Sequence record: NZ_CP011600.1
Direction: 5' to 3' (one strand)
Length of the DNA stretch: 64,000 nt
Origin: a plasmid
The number at the start of each line of letters is the position of its first letter. The first letter of the stretch is position 1. Both the position numbers and the translations under genes were made by a program. Under the pieces are notes generated by a model. It did no database searches. It saw only the letters and a program-made list of their open reading frames with translations, and was not told the origin of the DNA. Of the stretch, positions 36,170 through 45,783 are shown piece by piece.

Positions 36170-37300
36170 ATGACTGATTTTTCCACTCTTTTACAGCAAG
36201 GCGTGGCCAATGCCTGGCTGTTCATCCCCAGCGCTATTTTGCTCGGTGCGCTTCACGGACTGGAGCCAGGGCATTCCAAAACGATGATGGCCGCCTTTAT
36301 TGTGGCCATCCGGGGAACGGTCAAGCAAGCGGTATTACTGGGGCTTGCCGCGACAATTTCTCATACGTCTGTTGTCTGGCTCATTGCGTTCGGCGGAATG
36401 TATATCAGTCAGAAATTCACTGCTGAATCAGCCGAACCCTGGTTTCAGCTGATTTCCGCCGTCATCATTCTCGGTACGGCGGCATGGATGTTCTGGCGAA
36501 CCTGGCGCGGCGAAAAGCTGTGGAAGATGGAGCAGGAAGAGGAACACAGCCACGGTCATCACGATCATGACGAAACCCGCATCATCGATACGGGCCATGG
36601 CAGCGTTGAACTCTCGATTTTCGAAGAAGGACAACCCCCTCACTGGCGTTTACGCTCGCTCAGCGGCAAGAAATGGGAAGCTCGCGACATTTCTCTGGTG
36701 ACCAACCGTGGTCCAGGGACATTTTCACAGGTATTTGATTTCGTCGAAAAAGACGGGTTTATGGAATCGGCCCTGGCGATCCCGGAGCCACACAGCTTTG
36801 ATGTTCGCCTGTCTTTAGGCCATCGCGGCCATGTGCATGATTATGATGTGGAATTCCGTGAACATGAACACGACCACGATCATTCCTCGCTGGAAGGTCT
36901 GGATGTTAATTCTCGCGAATATCAGGATGCTCACGAAAAAGCGCATGCGAACGACATCAAAAAACGTTTTGCGAATCGCAGCGTAACCACCGGACAAATA
37001 ATCCTGTTCGGCCTGACCGGCGGCCTTATTCCTTGCCCGGCAGCCATTACCGTTTTGCTGCTCTGCATCCAGGTGAAGGAATTTACGCTCGGTGCCGCGC
37101 TGGTACTGTGTTTCAGCATCGGTTTAGCGATCACGCTGGTTTCAGTGGGCGCAGCGGCGGCTTTCAGCGTTCGTCAGGCAACCAAACGCTGGAGTGGCCT
37201 GGATACGCTGGCGCGGCGGGCTCCATACTTCTCAAGCGTACTGATTGCACTTGTCGGCATTTACATGGGCTATCACGGCTGGATCGGCGTAACGAGCTGA
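36170..37300 (+). CDS. rcnA: RcnA-like Ni/Co efflux protein (NicO family) with expanded His-rich loop
   Basis: 376 aa. N-terminal LGALHGLEPGHSKTMM motif typical of RcnA/NicO. Central loop HSHGHHDHDE...HRGHVHDYDVEFREHEHDHDH. Confidence 0.8.
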   Translation: MTDFSTLLQQGVANAWLFIPSAILLGALHGLEPGHSKTMMAAFIVAIRGTVKQAVLLGLAATISHTSVVWLIAFGGMYISQKFTAESAEPWFQLISAVIILGTAAWMFWRTWRGEKLWKMEQEEEHSHGHHDHDETRIIDTGHGSVELSIFEEGQPPHWRLRSLSGKKWEARDISLVTNRGPGTFSQVFDFVEKDGFMESALAIPEPHSFDVRLSLGHRGHVHDYDVEFREHEHDHDHSSLEGLDVNSREYQDAHEKAHANDIKKRFANRSVTTGQIILFGLTGGLIPCPAAITVLLLCIQVKEFTLGAALVLCFSIGLAITLVSVGAAAAFSVRQATKRWSGLDTLARRAPYFSSVLIALVGIYMGYHGWIGVTS

Positions 37301-37329
37301 TTTTCTCCTGTATGAATCTCACGCCTGAA

Positions 37330-37355
37330 CCCACCAACCGGTGGGTTTTATATTT
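37330..37355 (+). terminator. rho-independent terminator CCCACCAACCGGTGGG-TTTTATATTT after rcnA
   Basis: Seen in sequence. Confidence 0.6.
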
Positions 37356-37374
37356 CTGAAGCCCATCATATTTT

Positions 37375-37449
37375 TATCCCCCTGCCGGGGATAGGAATTG
37401 AGCTTTTATAGCCGCTCATTTATCATCGACAATATCCCCCATGGGGGAT
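37375..37449. promoter_or_regulatory. two G/C-tract palindromes (TATCCCCCTGCCGGGGATA at 37375-37393 and ATCCCCCATGGGGGAT at 37434-37449). The second lies between a TCGACA -35 and a TAAAAT -10.
   Basis: Upstream of the ORF at 37462. Promoter elements inferred by eye. Confidence 0.5.
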
Positions 37450-37461
37450 GTAAAATTATAA

Positions 37462-37884
37462 ATGGAATCTGCTATGCAAAAACAATATTTCAGTCAGTTC
37501 GTCACCGGAGTGTTACTCACTTCGTTCATCGCCATTCCTGCTCTGGCAGCGCAAGGTGGCTTCTCCGCAGAGAAAGAGCCTGTCGTCACTGAGCACATGT
37601 ATGCCGGTCATAAAGTTCAGCAGGAGAATAGTCAAAGCCGGATTCAGATCGTATCGTCAATGCACGAAGGGGCGTGGATCACACTGGAAGGCAATGTTGT
37701 CAGCCAGCAGCAGGACGAGTGGTATACGTTCCGCGACCCAACCGGTACCATCAAAGTCCGCATCCCGCAGAAAGTCTGGAACGGGCAGCACTTCGATGCT
37801 CAGGACCTGGTACGGGTCAGTGGACCGGTAAGCCATGAAAATGATGGTTCAATTTTATATGTTGCAGTTATCAGCAAACCCTAA
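37462..37884 (+). CDS. YgiW/YdeI (BOF, bacterial OB-fold) family periplasmic protein
   Basis: Signal peptide. C-terminal ...ITLEGNVVSQQQDEWYTFRDPTGTIKVRIPQKVW... matches the BOF/DUF388 pattern. Confidence 0.5.
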   Translation: MESAMQKQYFSQFVTGVLLTSFIAIPALAAQGGFSAEKEPVVTEHMYAGHKVQQENSQSRIQIVSSMHEGAWITLEGNVVSQQQDEWYTFRDPTGTIKVRIPQKVWNGQHFDAQDLVRVSGPVSHENDGSILYVAVISKP

Positions 37885-38089
37885 AACACAATTCTGACGG
37901 GCTATGTTTTTTTATATATATAGTTCGTCAACCAAACGTCCGCTTCTCGCTCTTAGCGGACATTAGCATAGGCTATTTACCATAACGCCGCATTACGCGC
38001 ACCGCCCAGACTGACTCAGCGCGTTTCTGGCATATCCCCGGTAAAACAAGTAACAAACCACCCGAAAATGAACACCAGAAACGCGACTT

Positions 38090-39560
38090 AAGAATCTACC
38101 CTATGAATGGATATGCACTCAACCGAATCGATCTTGGTTTCAATCTTTTTTATCGGGATCAGGCTTCTTTTTAGGTAACTTCGGGGGCTTAACTTGCTGA
38201 TGACTTTGCGTTCGGCGCGTAAGCCAGGGATGGTCAGCTTTAGGTTTAACATAGTATTTTGAGCGTAAATCAATACGGGCATTATCCACTCGTTCATGGA
38301 CACTCTTTTCATCATCCAGTGGTATAGGCTCCGGGCCATCAACATACTTTTCCCAGCCCAGCGCTTTCCCGTCATACAGAACGTTAATTTCACCGTCAAA
38401 GTTCTCGCATACAGTAACAACCGAATGCCTAAGTCGATATCCCCGGCCCTCACTGCGTACCTGAAACGCACTGCTTTTGTACTGGAAAGTGAGATTTTTA
38501 GACAGAACGCGCTTCGCCTGTAGGCTGAAGATATAACCCAGTTCCTCTTCAGAATGGTGCACATCAAGATGAGCATTATCAGTAGTACGAGGCGACGTAG
38601 CGAACCGGTTGTTATAGGCTTCAATAAAGGTCGGCAACCATGCATTTGCTGTTTCAATATCACTGATATTCTGAAGCCGCATTTCTTTGACCAGCCTGTC
38701 CTGTAGTGTCTGATTGGCGCGCTCTACCCGCCCTTTTGCCTGCGGGCTGTTGGCATGGATTGGCTCGATGCCCAGTGTCTTTATCGCACGAGTGAACTGG
38801 GTCAGCTCACCTTCCCGCTCTGGGTTATTTACCCTGAATATACTGTGTCTATCAGAGTAGAGAGCGAGCGGTACGCCATGATCATTAAGGTAACCCCGGA
38901 GGGTTTCCATGTAAGCCCGGGTTGTTTCAGCAGGCACAAAACGCAACGCCATCAACGCACTGGTGGCATCATCAATGAAAACGATCAGTGTACATCTGGG
39001 GCCTCGATTTTCAAACCAGTCATGAGGTGAGCCATCAATCTGGATCAGTTCACCGTAAGATGGTCGTCGCATGCGGCGTTGATATATACGGGCAATTTTA
39101 CGACGGCGTTCACGCCATAACCCCTCTTCTATCATCCACTTTCTGAGAGTTTCAACGGATAAAGATAAACCGTGTATCTCGCGCAATTTTTCGCACGCAA
39201 ACGTAGGTCCAAAATCAGCGTAACGGCCTTTGAGGAGTGAAATTACTGTTGCTCTGAATTCAGTAGAAAAGGAATTATTAGGACGCTTTCCACGTCGGTG
39301 GGAAACCAGACCAGAAGGCCCTTCATTTCTATACCGTTGCACCAGACGTTTAACCTGCCGAATAGAAATGCCAATGCGTGCCGCAGCTTGTTCCTGAGTA
39401 ATATGTCGATTAATTGACTCCTGAATAATCTGAAGTCGGTGGAGTTCCTTATGACTCATCGTAACAGTCTCTTTGATCATGAAAAATCCCCCAGAGAATT
39501 GTCTGGGGACATTTTAGAATGGTTCAAAGGGGACATTACAGCTTGGTGTTAACACATAGC
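38090..39560 (-). mobile_element. insertion sequence (IS481/ISNCY-like); boundaries approximate
   Basis: Single transposase ORF 38140..39480. Inverted repeats could not be defined by eye. Confidence 0.4.
38140..39480 (-). CDS. DDE transposase (HTH plus rve integrase core), IS481/ISNCY (IS1202-group)-like
   Basis: 446 aa. N-terminal HTH (ITQEQAAARIGISIRQVKRLVQRY). Integrase-core region with D...D...E spacing. Basic C-terminal tail. Confidence 0.7.
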   Translation of the reverse strand: MIKETVTMSHKELHRLQIIQESINRHITQEQAAARIGISIRQVKRLVQRYRNEGPSGLVSHRRGKRPNNSFSTEFRATVISLLKGRYADFGPTFACEKLREIHGLSLSVETLRKWMIEEGLWRERRRKIARIYQRRMRRPSYGELIQIDGSPHDWFENRGPRCTLIVFIDDATSALMALRFVPAETTRAYMETLRGYLNDHGVPLALYSDRHSIFRVNNPEREGELTQFTRAIKTLGIEPIHANSPQAKGRVERANQTLQDRLVKEMRLQNISDIETANAWLPTFIEAYNNRFATSPRTTDNAHLDVHHSEEELGYIFSLQAKRVLSKNLTFQYKSSAFQVRSEGRGYRLRHSVVTVCENFDGEINVLYDGKALGWEKYVDGPEPIPLDDEKSVHERVDNARIDLRSKYYVKPKADHPWLTRRTQSHQQVKPPKLPKKKPDPDKKD

Positions 39561-39796
39561 TGACTTCTCCTTGCCTTTCGGCAGGTAAGCGGCTAATCTG
39601 TTGGTGTCTAGTCATACAGATTAAGCCTCGGGTTAATTGAAAAAATTACTCGGGGCTTTCTGCTTTTTGCCTCACAACACGGCAACAAACCACCTGAACA
39701 TCATGAGGCAAAAAGCCTCAAGCGCCACCGCCATTATACCCCGGAAGTGGGTATTTTCACCAGGACTCTCCCCGATTTTCAGGCAGTTATCTGCGA

Positions 39797-40114
39797 CTAT
39801 TTTCCACTGAAATAGTCCGGCCTCGCCTCCAGTTCCCGCGCGATCAGTTCGTCAGCAAACAACGGCGCCAGCCTGTTGACCCTGCGTTCCAGATTACGCT
39901 TCCGTGTCGCGGCCTTACGCTCCGGGGACCAGCGTTTTATCTCCTCATCAGACAAAAAATCGATGCAGACTGCATAGCCACTGTTGAACGTGTGTGCCGC
40001 CAGCACCTCCGGCGGTGCAACGGCTCCCGCCGGGACGATCATCCTGATAAGTTCTTTTTCGCCGGGACAGGGCAGATGCCGCAGGGTCCAGCGCACGGAG
40101 TACATCCACTGCAT
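39797..40114 (-). CDS. hypothetical protein, translationally coupled downstream of psiA
   Basis: 105 aa. Start overlaps the psiA stop. Confidence 0.45.
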   Translation of the reverse strand: MQWMYSVRWTLRHLPCPGEKELIRMIVPAGAVAPPEVLAAHTFNSGYAVCIDFLSDEEIKRWSPERKAATRKRNLERRVNRLAPLFADELIARELEARPDYFSGK

Positions 40115-40118
40115 AGCG

Positions 40119-40850
40119 TCATCCTCGTCTCATATCCCGGAGTTTATTGGGCAGGCTGAGAGAATCCAGCCAGTGTTCCGCCTCTGACCGGCCTGCCAGT
40201 GGCGCTTCCAGTTGTTTGATAATGGCCCACAGGGGTTGCCCGGAGTACAGGCAGTCATACGGCAGACCGCTGAACCGACTGCTCCAGGACTGAACCATGT
40301 CGATCAGGTCATCGTCATAAATCCCCTGTCGTTCCTGCCGCTGATACCACGCAACCAGTCCTGCGGGCGTGACAAACGCCAGATCAATTTCGGCCTGCGC
40401 CACCTGAGTCTGATAACGCCGGCGTTTCTGGTGCTGTTCTTTTTCCCGCTGTCGGCTGCGGCGCGATGCCGCCACATCGAAACGGCGATAATGCCGCTCA
40501 CGCTCCCGGAATCTGACCTCCGGGAAATACATATCCACGGTCGACCCGGACAACGGCATCGGACAGACATCCCCGCGCGTTTCAATCAGGCGGTCCAGGG
40601 CTTCAATGTATTTATCCTTGTTGTAGCCGTCCCGGCTACCCGGCTCATAACCTGACGTGGCGCACATAACATCTTTCGCGGTGATCCGGCCTGCCTGCTC
40701 CACACGCAAGCGTCTCAGTAACGCCATCGCCCAGGGAAAACGCCCCAGCCGTTTTCCTGCCATCAGGGAAGATTCAACGTCAATAATGGCAAGCTGTACG
40801 GCCTGCTGAAACGGATTAACAGCGACCAGGGAAAAGTGATTCGGGATCAT
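40119..40850 (-). CDS. psiA: PsiA (plasmid SOS inhibition protein A)
   Basis: 243 aa (F PsiA 239 aa), immediately downstream of psiB with ATGA overlap. Confidence 0.75.
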   Translation of the reverse strand: MIPNHFSLVAVNPFQQAVQLAIIDVESSLMAGKRLGRFPWAMALLRRLRVEQAGRITAKDVMCATSGYEPGSRDGYNKDKYIEALDRLIETRGDVCPMPLSGSTVDMYFPEVRFRERERHYRRFDVAASRRSRQREKEQHQKRRRYQTQVAQAEIDLAFVTPAGLVAWYQRQERQGIYDDDLIDMVQSWSSRFSGLPYDCLYSGQPLWAIIKQLEAPLAGRSEAEHWLDSLSLPNKLRDMRRG

Positions 40851-41275
40851 GCCACCGCCTCCGCATTCAGAAAATCCGCCACCGTGGCTGCGGTACAGTG
40901 AAAGCGGTGCATCCCCGCCACCTGAGAAAGCAGGTTCGCAACCGTATCAGGCGCAAGGACATCAGCCTGGTGCAGAACGCGTACCAGTGTGCCGTCGCCG
41001 GACAGCAGAAACAGCGTCCAGGCTGGCAGCGTCTCGCCGGGACTGCACAGGCAGAGAAAGTATTCGTTGTTTTCGTCCGGCGCGTAGCGCAGCTGCACGG
41101 GGAACAGACCGCCAAACTCGCCACGGTACTCGGCGTTAACGCGCCAGCCTGCCGGGACGTTAATCAGGCACACCACCGCATCACTCAGCTGGCGGCGTGG
41201 CTCGTCGCCCTGCTCGCGGACAGCTTCCAGCTCTGCGGGGATCATCAGATTCAGGTTCTCAAGTGTGTATTTCAT
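40847..41275 (-). CDS. psiB: PsiB (plasmid SOS inhibition protein B, RecA inhibitor)
   Basis: 142 aa. ...RVNAEYRGEFGGLFPVQLRYAPDENNEYFLCLCSPGE... parallels F PsiB ...[34 protein letters not shown].... Confidence 0.85.
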   Translation of the reverse strand: MKYTLENLNLMIPAELEAVREQGDEPRRQLSDAVVCLINVPAGWRVNAEYRGEFGGLFPVQLRYAPDENNEYFLCLCSPGETLPAWTLFLLSGDGTLVRVLHQADVLAPDTVANLLSQVAGMHRFHCTAATVADFLNAEAVA

Positions 41276-41319
41276 AGCTGTTCTCCGGGTTGCCCCCGAA
41301 GGGGCAACCGTCTCCTGAG

Positions 41320-43344
41320 TTATGCGGCGTGGTCAGTCGCGGACGGGGTGGCGGTCGTGTTGGTGCTGGCGTCGTCGGCAGCGGTCATCGGCTGCGGACG
41401 GGTCATCCAGTCCGGCACCCAGCGTGTATCAGTGAGAATGTCCTGCGCGAGCGTAGCGGCATCACCTTTTTTGAGTTTCAGGACGTCGCGGGAGCGTTCG
41501 GCAAATCCGGACTCCTGCACCGCATCGGCAATCTGATCTTTGCTGATTTTGCTGAAATAGTTCTCAGCGGTCGGTTGCCACCATTCGTACAAGTCGATAT
41601 CGAGCGCGGTTTCCAGCACGTCCAGTGGGCTGCGGTCTGTTTTGCCGTTTGCCCGTTTCTGCACCCCATTGACGGCAGAGGCCACGCAGAAGGCCAGCAG
41701 TGCCTGGACAGCCTGCTCGCTCCATTCGAGCAACCAGGTAAAATCCTGTTTCCAGTTCGCAGGAAGCATTGCCTGGAGTGCTGCCTGTTGTCCCTGAATC
41801 GCCAGCCATGCCGCCCCCTCCCTGCCTGACGGCGCATTACTTTGCAGTGTCCAGGTCTGCTGATGCAGATTGATACACAGTGGTGCCTGCACACCTGTAC
41901 ACCAGTCCCCTTCAAACACCTCGCGGCAGAATGTCCAGGTCAGGAGCGCCATCGACACTTTTGGGCTTGTTGCGAGGACGGCCTGAGTGACGAGAGAACG
42001 TTCAGCGGACAGCGTTTCGACCAGGTTTGCTGAAAATGCGTCTGCTTTGATGTCCGGCTGACGCAGGGTGATCACGCCGTTTTCATTTGTAACGTCTGCA
42101 TCCTGTGAACGGGTTTTCGGCAGGTCTTCCACTTTGCCGATGGCTCGCTGGATGTAAAAATCGCTGCCGTCACGACTCATGGAAACCACAATGCCCAGAC
42201 CCGCCTTAAATTCCGGTGTCAGCTGGCGATTAACTGCCGCCGCCTCCAGATCTTCCAGTTCCTGCTGGAACTGGTTTTCGTCGTCATAGTTATCGGATTC
42301 CTCAAGGGCAGCATCCAGTGCTTCAATGCGTTGCCGTTCGGCAGCGGTGTACTCCGGTTCAGGCATGGCGAAATACCAGGATTTATTATCCGGATGGTAA
42401 TTTTTGACAGGTTCAATACGGGCCAGGCTCCAGCCCCACCCTTCTTCCTGTTGCAGGCGCAGCGCCTCTGCATCAAGTTTGCTCTGAACAAGACGGTTAA
42501 CCAGCAGGGTGTCTGCCCATCCTTCCGTTTCTACCGAGAATAAATCGCGGCGCAGTGCTCCCCCTTCGGCTTCATAGGCTTCCGGGCCAACAAATCGGAA
42601 TGCCGGAGAGGCCATCGTCATTTCCCCGGATACGATCTGATTACGCAGCCAGGTCAGTTGAGGGACGCCGTTGCCATAATATTGTTTTGCCGCCGTCCAG
42701 ATTTGCACCTGACGGGCCTGATCAGGCTCCAGCGTCAGTACCTGGCACTGTTCCAGGGTGATGGCATCGTTTGCCAGTTCCTGAATCAGTTCCGGGGCAA
42801 GGTTTGCGAGTTTCAGACAGCGCTCCACGTGGCGTACCGTGTAGCCCAGCAGATCAGCAATCTGTGCGGCGGTCTGCCCTTCCTCTGAACGCATGCGGAA
42901 ACTGATAAGCTGTTCTGCCGGATGCATGGCCTTGCGCTTCATGTTCTCGATGTAGGATGCATCCTTTGCCAGTTCGACCGGGATGGCCTTTACCGGGACA
43001 AAAAGCTGGTCAGCGGCGATAAAACCTTCTTCAACCAGTTTTGCCGTGGCGGTCATGCGCCCACGTCCCCCGACCACACCCCGGCGGCCCCCCGGCAGAT
43101 TAATGACAATCAGGTTTTGCAGGATACCCACCGCTTTGATAGTCGCCGCCAGACTCGCAATCTCTTCCGGGGTGTGCGGGATAATACGGGCGTTATATTC
43201 CGTATCGACCAGATCAGAAAATGCCACCATTTCAAGCGGAGACTGTGCCAGTGCCGCCTCCACGCTGGCAGTCTGTACGGCAGTCGCTTTTCGTGCGCGG
43301 GTGGATTTGGCAGGTGCTTTTGCCTTAGTATTGGTGTCAGCCAT
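41320..43344 (-). CDS. ParB-like nuclease domain protein of plasmid leading regions (large, about 670 aa)
   Basis: N-terminal ParB/Srx-like motif LIVINLPGGRRGVVGGRGR. Long acidic/helical remainder. Position upstream of psiB as in F-like plasmids. Confidence 0.7.
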   Translation of the reverse strand: MADTNTKAKAPAKSTRARKATAVQTASVEAALAQSPLEMVAFSDLVDTEYNARIIPHTPEEIASLAATIKAVGILQNLIVINLPGGRRGVVGGRGRMTATAKLVEEGFIAADQLFVPVKAIPVELAKDASYIENMKRKAMHPAEQLISFRMRSEEGQTAAQIADLLGYTVRHVERCLKLANLAPELIQELANDAITLEQCQVLTLEPDQARQVQIWTAAKQYYGNGVPQLTWLRNQIVSGEMTMASPAFRFVGPEAYEAEGGALRRDLFSVETEGWADTLLVNRLVQSKLDAEALRLQQEEGWGWSLARIEPVKNYHPDNKSWYFAMPEPEYTAAERQRIEALDAALEESDNYDDENQFQQELEDLEAAAVNRQLTPEFKAGLGIVVSMSRDGSDFYIQRAIGKVEDLPKTRSQDADVTNENGVITLRQPDIKADAFSANLVETLSAERSLVTQAVLATSPKVSMALLTWTFCREVFEGDWCTGVQAPLCINLHQQTWTLQSNAPSGREGAAWLAIQGQQAALQAMLPANWKQDFTWLLEWSEQAVQALLAFCVASAVNGVQKRANGKTDRSPLDVLETALDIDLYEWWQPTAENYFSKISKDQIADAVQESGFAERSRDVLKLKKGDAATLAQDILTDTRWVPDWMTRPQPMTAADDASTNTTATPSATDHAA

Positions 43345-43576
43345 TAGTGTTTCCTCTACGTTACGTTGATGGTGATGCCGTGACCGGATAGCCCTCCGGT
43401 CACGGCGCTAATATTCAGTTATGCGTTATCGATTCGCGCCGGATGTACCGCCAGCTCTGCCAGGACGGTTACAGGGAGCTGAGTTTCAGTCGTCTGGATC
43501 AGTGAACTGTTTTCAGGTGTGGTCATAATGCTCTCCGGCGTTTCCTTTAAAAGCCGCCCCTGTGGGCGGCGGCGTG

Positions 43577-43891
43577 TTAAATGTTGATCCCATTGCGCGC
43601 GATCAGACGCACAAACTGTTTGAAATGGTCAGCCTCGACCACCGGAACGTGGCAAAAATCTTTATCCACACCCGCACTGACGATGTAGTGATAAGCCCTT
43701 TTCATTTTTTCCGGGGCGCGGCTGCGATAGCTTTTCAGCGACGCGAGGGAGTCGAACTCCAACACATCCATTTCCTCCGTTGAGTTTTTCTCGCCTTCGG
43801 CGATCAGAATGAGTAAAGGCGAGGGGTTTTTAATCCATCTTCCGGCGGTTTCTTCTCCGGCGCTTTTGACGTTGACGTTCTGTGTGTGCAT
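43577..43891 (-). CDS. hypothetical protein carrying the conserved leader MHTQNVNVKSAGEETAGR (sits where ssb is found in F)
   Basis: 104 aa, downstream of Frpo-like copy D. Internal GGAGG-ATG (MDVLEFDSL...) is an alternative start. Confidence 0.45.
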   Translation of the reverse strand: MHTQNVNVKSAGEETAGRWIKNPSPLLILIAEGEKNSTEEMDVLEFDSLASLKSYRSRAPEKMKRAYHYIVSAGVDKDFCHVPVVEADHFKQFVRLIARNGINI

Positions 43892-44350
43892 CCTGGTTTT
43901 CTCCTTCGGTGACGGTTAATCCATCTCCCTTGGCTGGTACTCTCGCGGCAACGGGCCAGGTAGCGACGGCGAACGGAAAAGACCAGGGCGCGCCTGCGCG
44001 TGCACTTCACCCTGGTGTTTTTCGGGCGAACGGTGCTACAGCAGCCCTCCGCGTGAGGACAGCAGTGGGAGATGGCCTCACCGGACTGACAGAATGCACA
44101 CACACGACCCGGCAACGTCACACCGCCGGGTCGCCCTTAAAGCGCCGGCGCCCGTCGCCGGCGCGGTGAGAGCGGCGCGTCCCCCGGACGCAGCAAGCGC
44201 GCCCCGGACGTTGCCATCGGACACTAGCGAGCAGCCCGAAACCCGAAGGGGTTCGGCGGAGCTTAGCCGGCGGCCTGCCGCCGGGTTAGCGGAGTGTGGC
44301 CCTGACGACCCGGCCGGCACGGACGGGAAGCCGAAGGGGGCCATGTTCAG
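43892..44350 (+). promoter_or_regulatory. Frpo-like structured repeat, copy D
   Basis: Gene-proximal 120 bp and distal about 230 bp match copies A and B. Central part differs. Confidence 0.45.
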
Positions 44351-44580
44351 GCTGTTTTCAGTGAAGCTGGCCGGGTGCCAGAGACAACGGCAGACCACAA
44401 CCCACCGGAACAGGACGCATAACGGCACTGTCTGCACGACATCCCGGCAGACCTGCATAACTGAACGATGTAAGGTGGGGAGAGACGCCGCGCCCGTGGC
44501 GCGGGGTTTCCCGCACCGCCGCGCAGCGGCAGGGTTTTCCGCCGTCCCAAAGGGGGGCACCGGGCTTCCCTGCCCGTCTC

Positions 44581-44991
44581 TTATTTGCCCAGCGTTTTTC
44601 TCAGAGCGTCCAGTGCCCGGGCCTCATCCGGGTAGTTGCGCGCGGCCGCCCCCTCTCCCCCCTGTATGTCCTCCAGTCGCATAAATTCACCTGCCAGCGC
44701 CAGCACATTTTTCAGCGCGGCGGCAGGCACACTGATTTGACGGTGCCAGGCTTCTTCCTCACGCAGGTTTTCCAGAATGCACACGAGGGTATCCTCCCCC
44801 ACGCCGCACACATGCTTGTCATCCAGACTGTCAATCAGCGCGACGATGCGCGCCGCCATAATCTCAGTCACGTGGTATTCAGCCAGGCAGTCCTGCACGT
44901 CCTCTTTTGTCCAGACAATCAGTGCCAGCGGCTCATCCGGTTTGTATTGCTCAGTCAGTGCGGCGCACAGCGCCTCAGTGGTTCCGTACAT
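44581..44991 (-). CDS. hypothetical leading-region protein, paralog of 46188..46604
   Basis: 136 aa. Shared LALIVWTKEDVQ / LLLFIWTQESIR region. Confidence 0.45.
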   Translation of the reverse strand: MYGTTEALCAALTEQYKPDEPLALIVWTKEDVQDCLAEYHVTEIMAARIVALIDSLDDKHVCGVGEDTLVCILENLREEEAWHRQISVPAAALKNVLALAGEFMRLEDIQGGEGAAARNYPDEARALDALRKTLGK

Positions 44992-45099
44992 ATTTTTTCT
45001 CTCTCAGGGGCGGCAACGCCGCCCGGTCAGACTATCGTGCTCATCAGGGCACGGCAGGTACTGGTGAACAAAAGCGGGAGTCCGCTTTTTTACGGTGTT

Positions 45100-45300
45100 C
45101 TATTCGCGTGGAACAGTCCGGCCACCCTGTATGATGAACTGGTTGCATAAATACACGCTGACCTGGCATGTCATGTATTCACACATCGAATCGAGGATTT
45201 TTGCGGTAGTGACGGGAGGCAGCTCCATGTCCCGGCGGCGTTGGTTAATCAGTTCCTTGTACTGCCTGAGAATATTGCGGGTATCAGTGCTGAGTTCCAT
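45100..45300 (-). CDS. small hypothetical protein (66 aa)
   Basis: RBS AGGAGATAAAC-ATG. Confidence 0.35.
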   Translation of the reverse strand: MELSTDTRNILRQYKELINQRRRDMELPPVTTAKILDSMCEYMTCQVSVYLCNQFIIQGGRTVPRE

Positions 45301-45344
45301 GTTTATCTCCTGGGGGGCGGCAGCGCCGCCCCGTTGTGATTCTG

Positions 45345-45776
45345 TCAGTCCAGCGCGCGCTGAATAACAGCGGCATCCGGGTGGGTTTCAATAAACGCCA
45401 TGAGCGCTGAAAAGCGGTTGCAGAAATGGGCGCACAACTCGTCATTGTCATGGTGACTGTGATAAAAACTGCGGTGATTGAGCACCAGTGCCGTCACGAT
45501 GATGCCCGCGACTTCGCCGCTCACCTCCTGCTCAAACCAGTTATCCGGGTTGCAGAACATGACAGTTTCCCTGTCCGGCACCATGAAACCTGCACCATCC
45601 GGCAGGCTGTAGTACTCCCAGAATCCCCCGTTGTAGCCGTCGATATACCGGCTGGCATAGGCATACACGGACAACTCGGACAACATGAAATCGCTGCTGA
45701 ACAGGGACGGCAAAAAAGTCAGGCGCTGTGCGCCGTCAAGACGTGTCGCATCGGTGTGGCTGAGTGTGGTGATCAT
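45345..45776 (-). CDS. klcA: KlcA/ArdB-family antirestriction protein
   Basis: 143 aa. ...VYAYASRYIDGYNGGFWEYYSLPDGAGFMVPD...HPDAAVIQRALD parallels RK2 KlcA ...YAWMRRLCERYNGAYWHYYALSDGGFYMAPD...HPEAAAIYRAID. Confidence 0.75.
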   Translation of the reverse strand: MITTLSHTDATRLDGAQRLTFLPSLFSSDFMLSELSVYAYASRYIDGYNGGFWEYYSLPDGAGFMVPDRETVMFCNPDNWFEQEVSGEVAGIIVTALVLNHRSFYHSHHDNDELCAHFCNRFSALMAFIETHPDAAVIQRALD

Positions 45777-45783
45777 AAATCCT

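Noticed and set aside
38088-38663. 191-aa ORF inside the IS transposase gene (alternate frame)
   Set aside because: It is embedded in the 446-aa DDE transposase ORF, which has clear family features.
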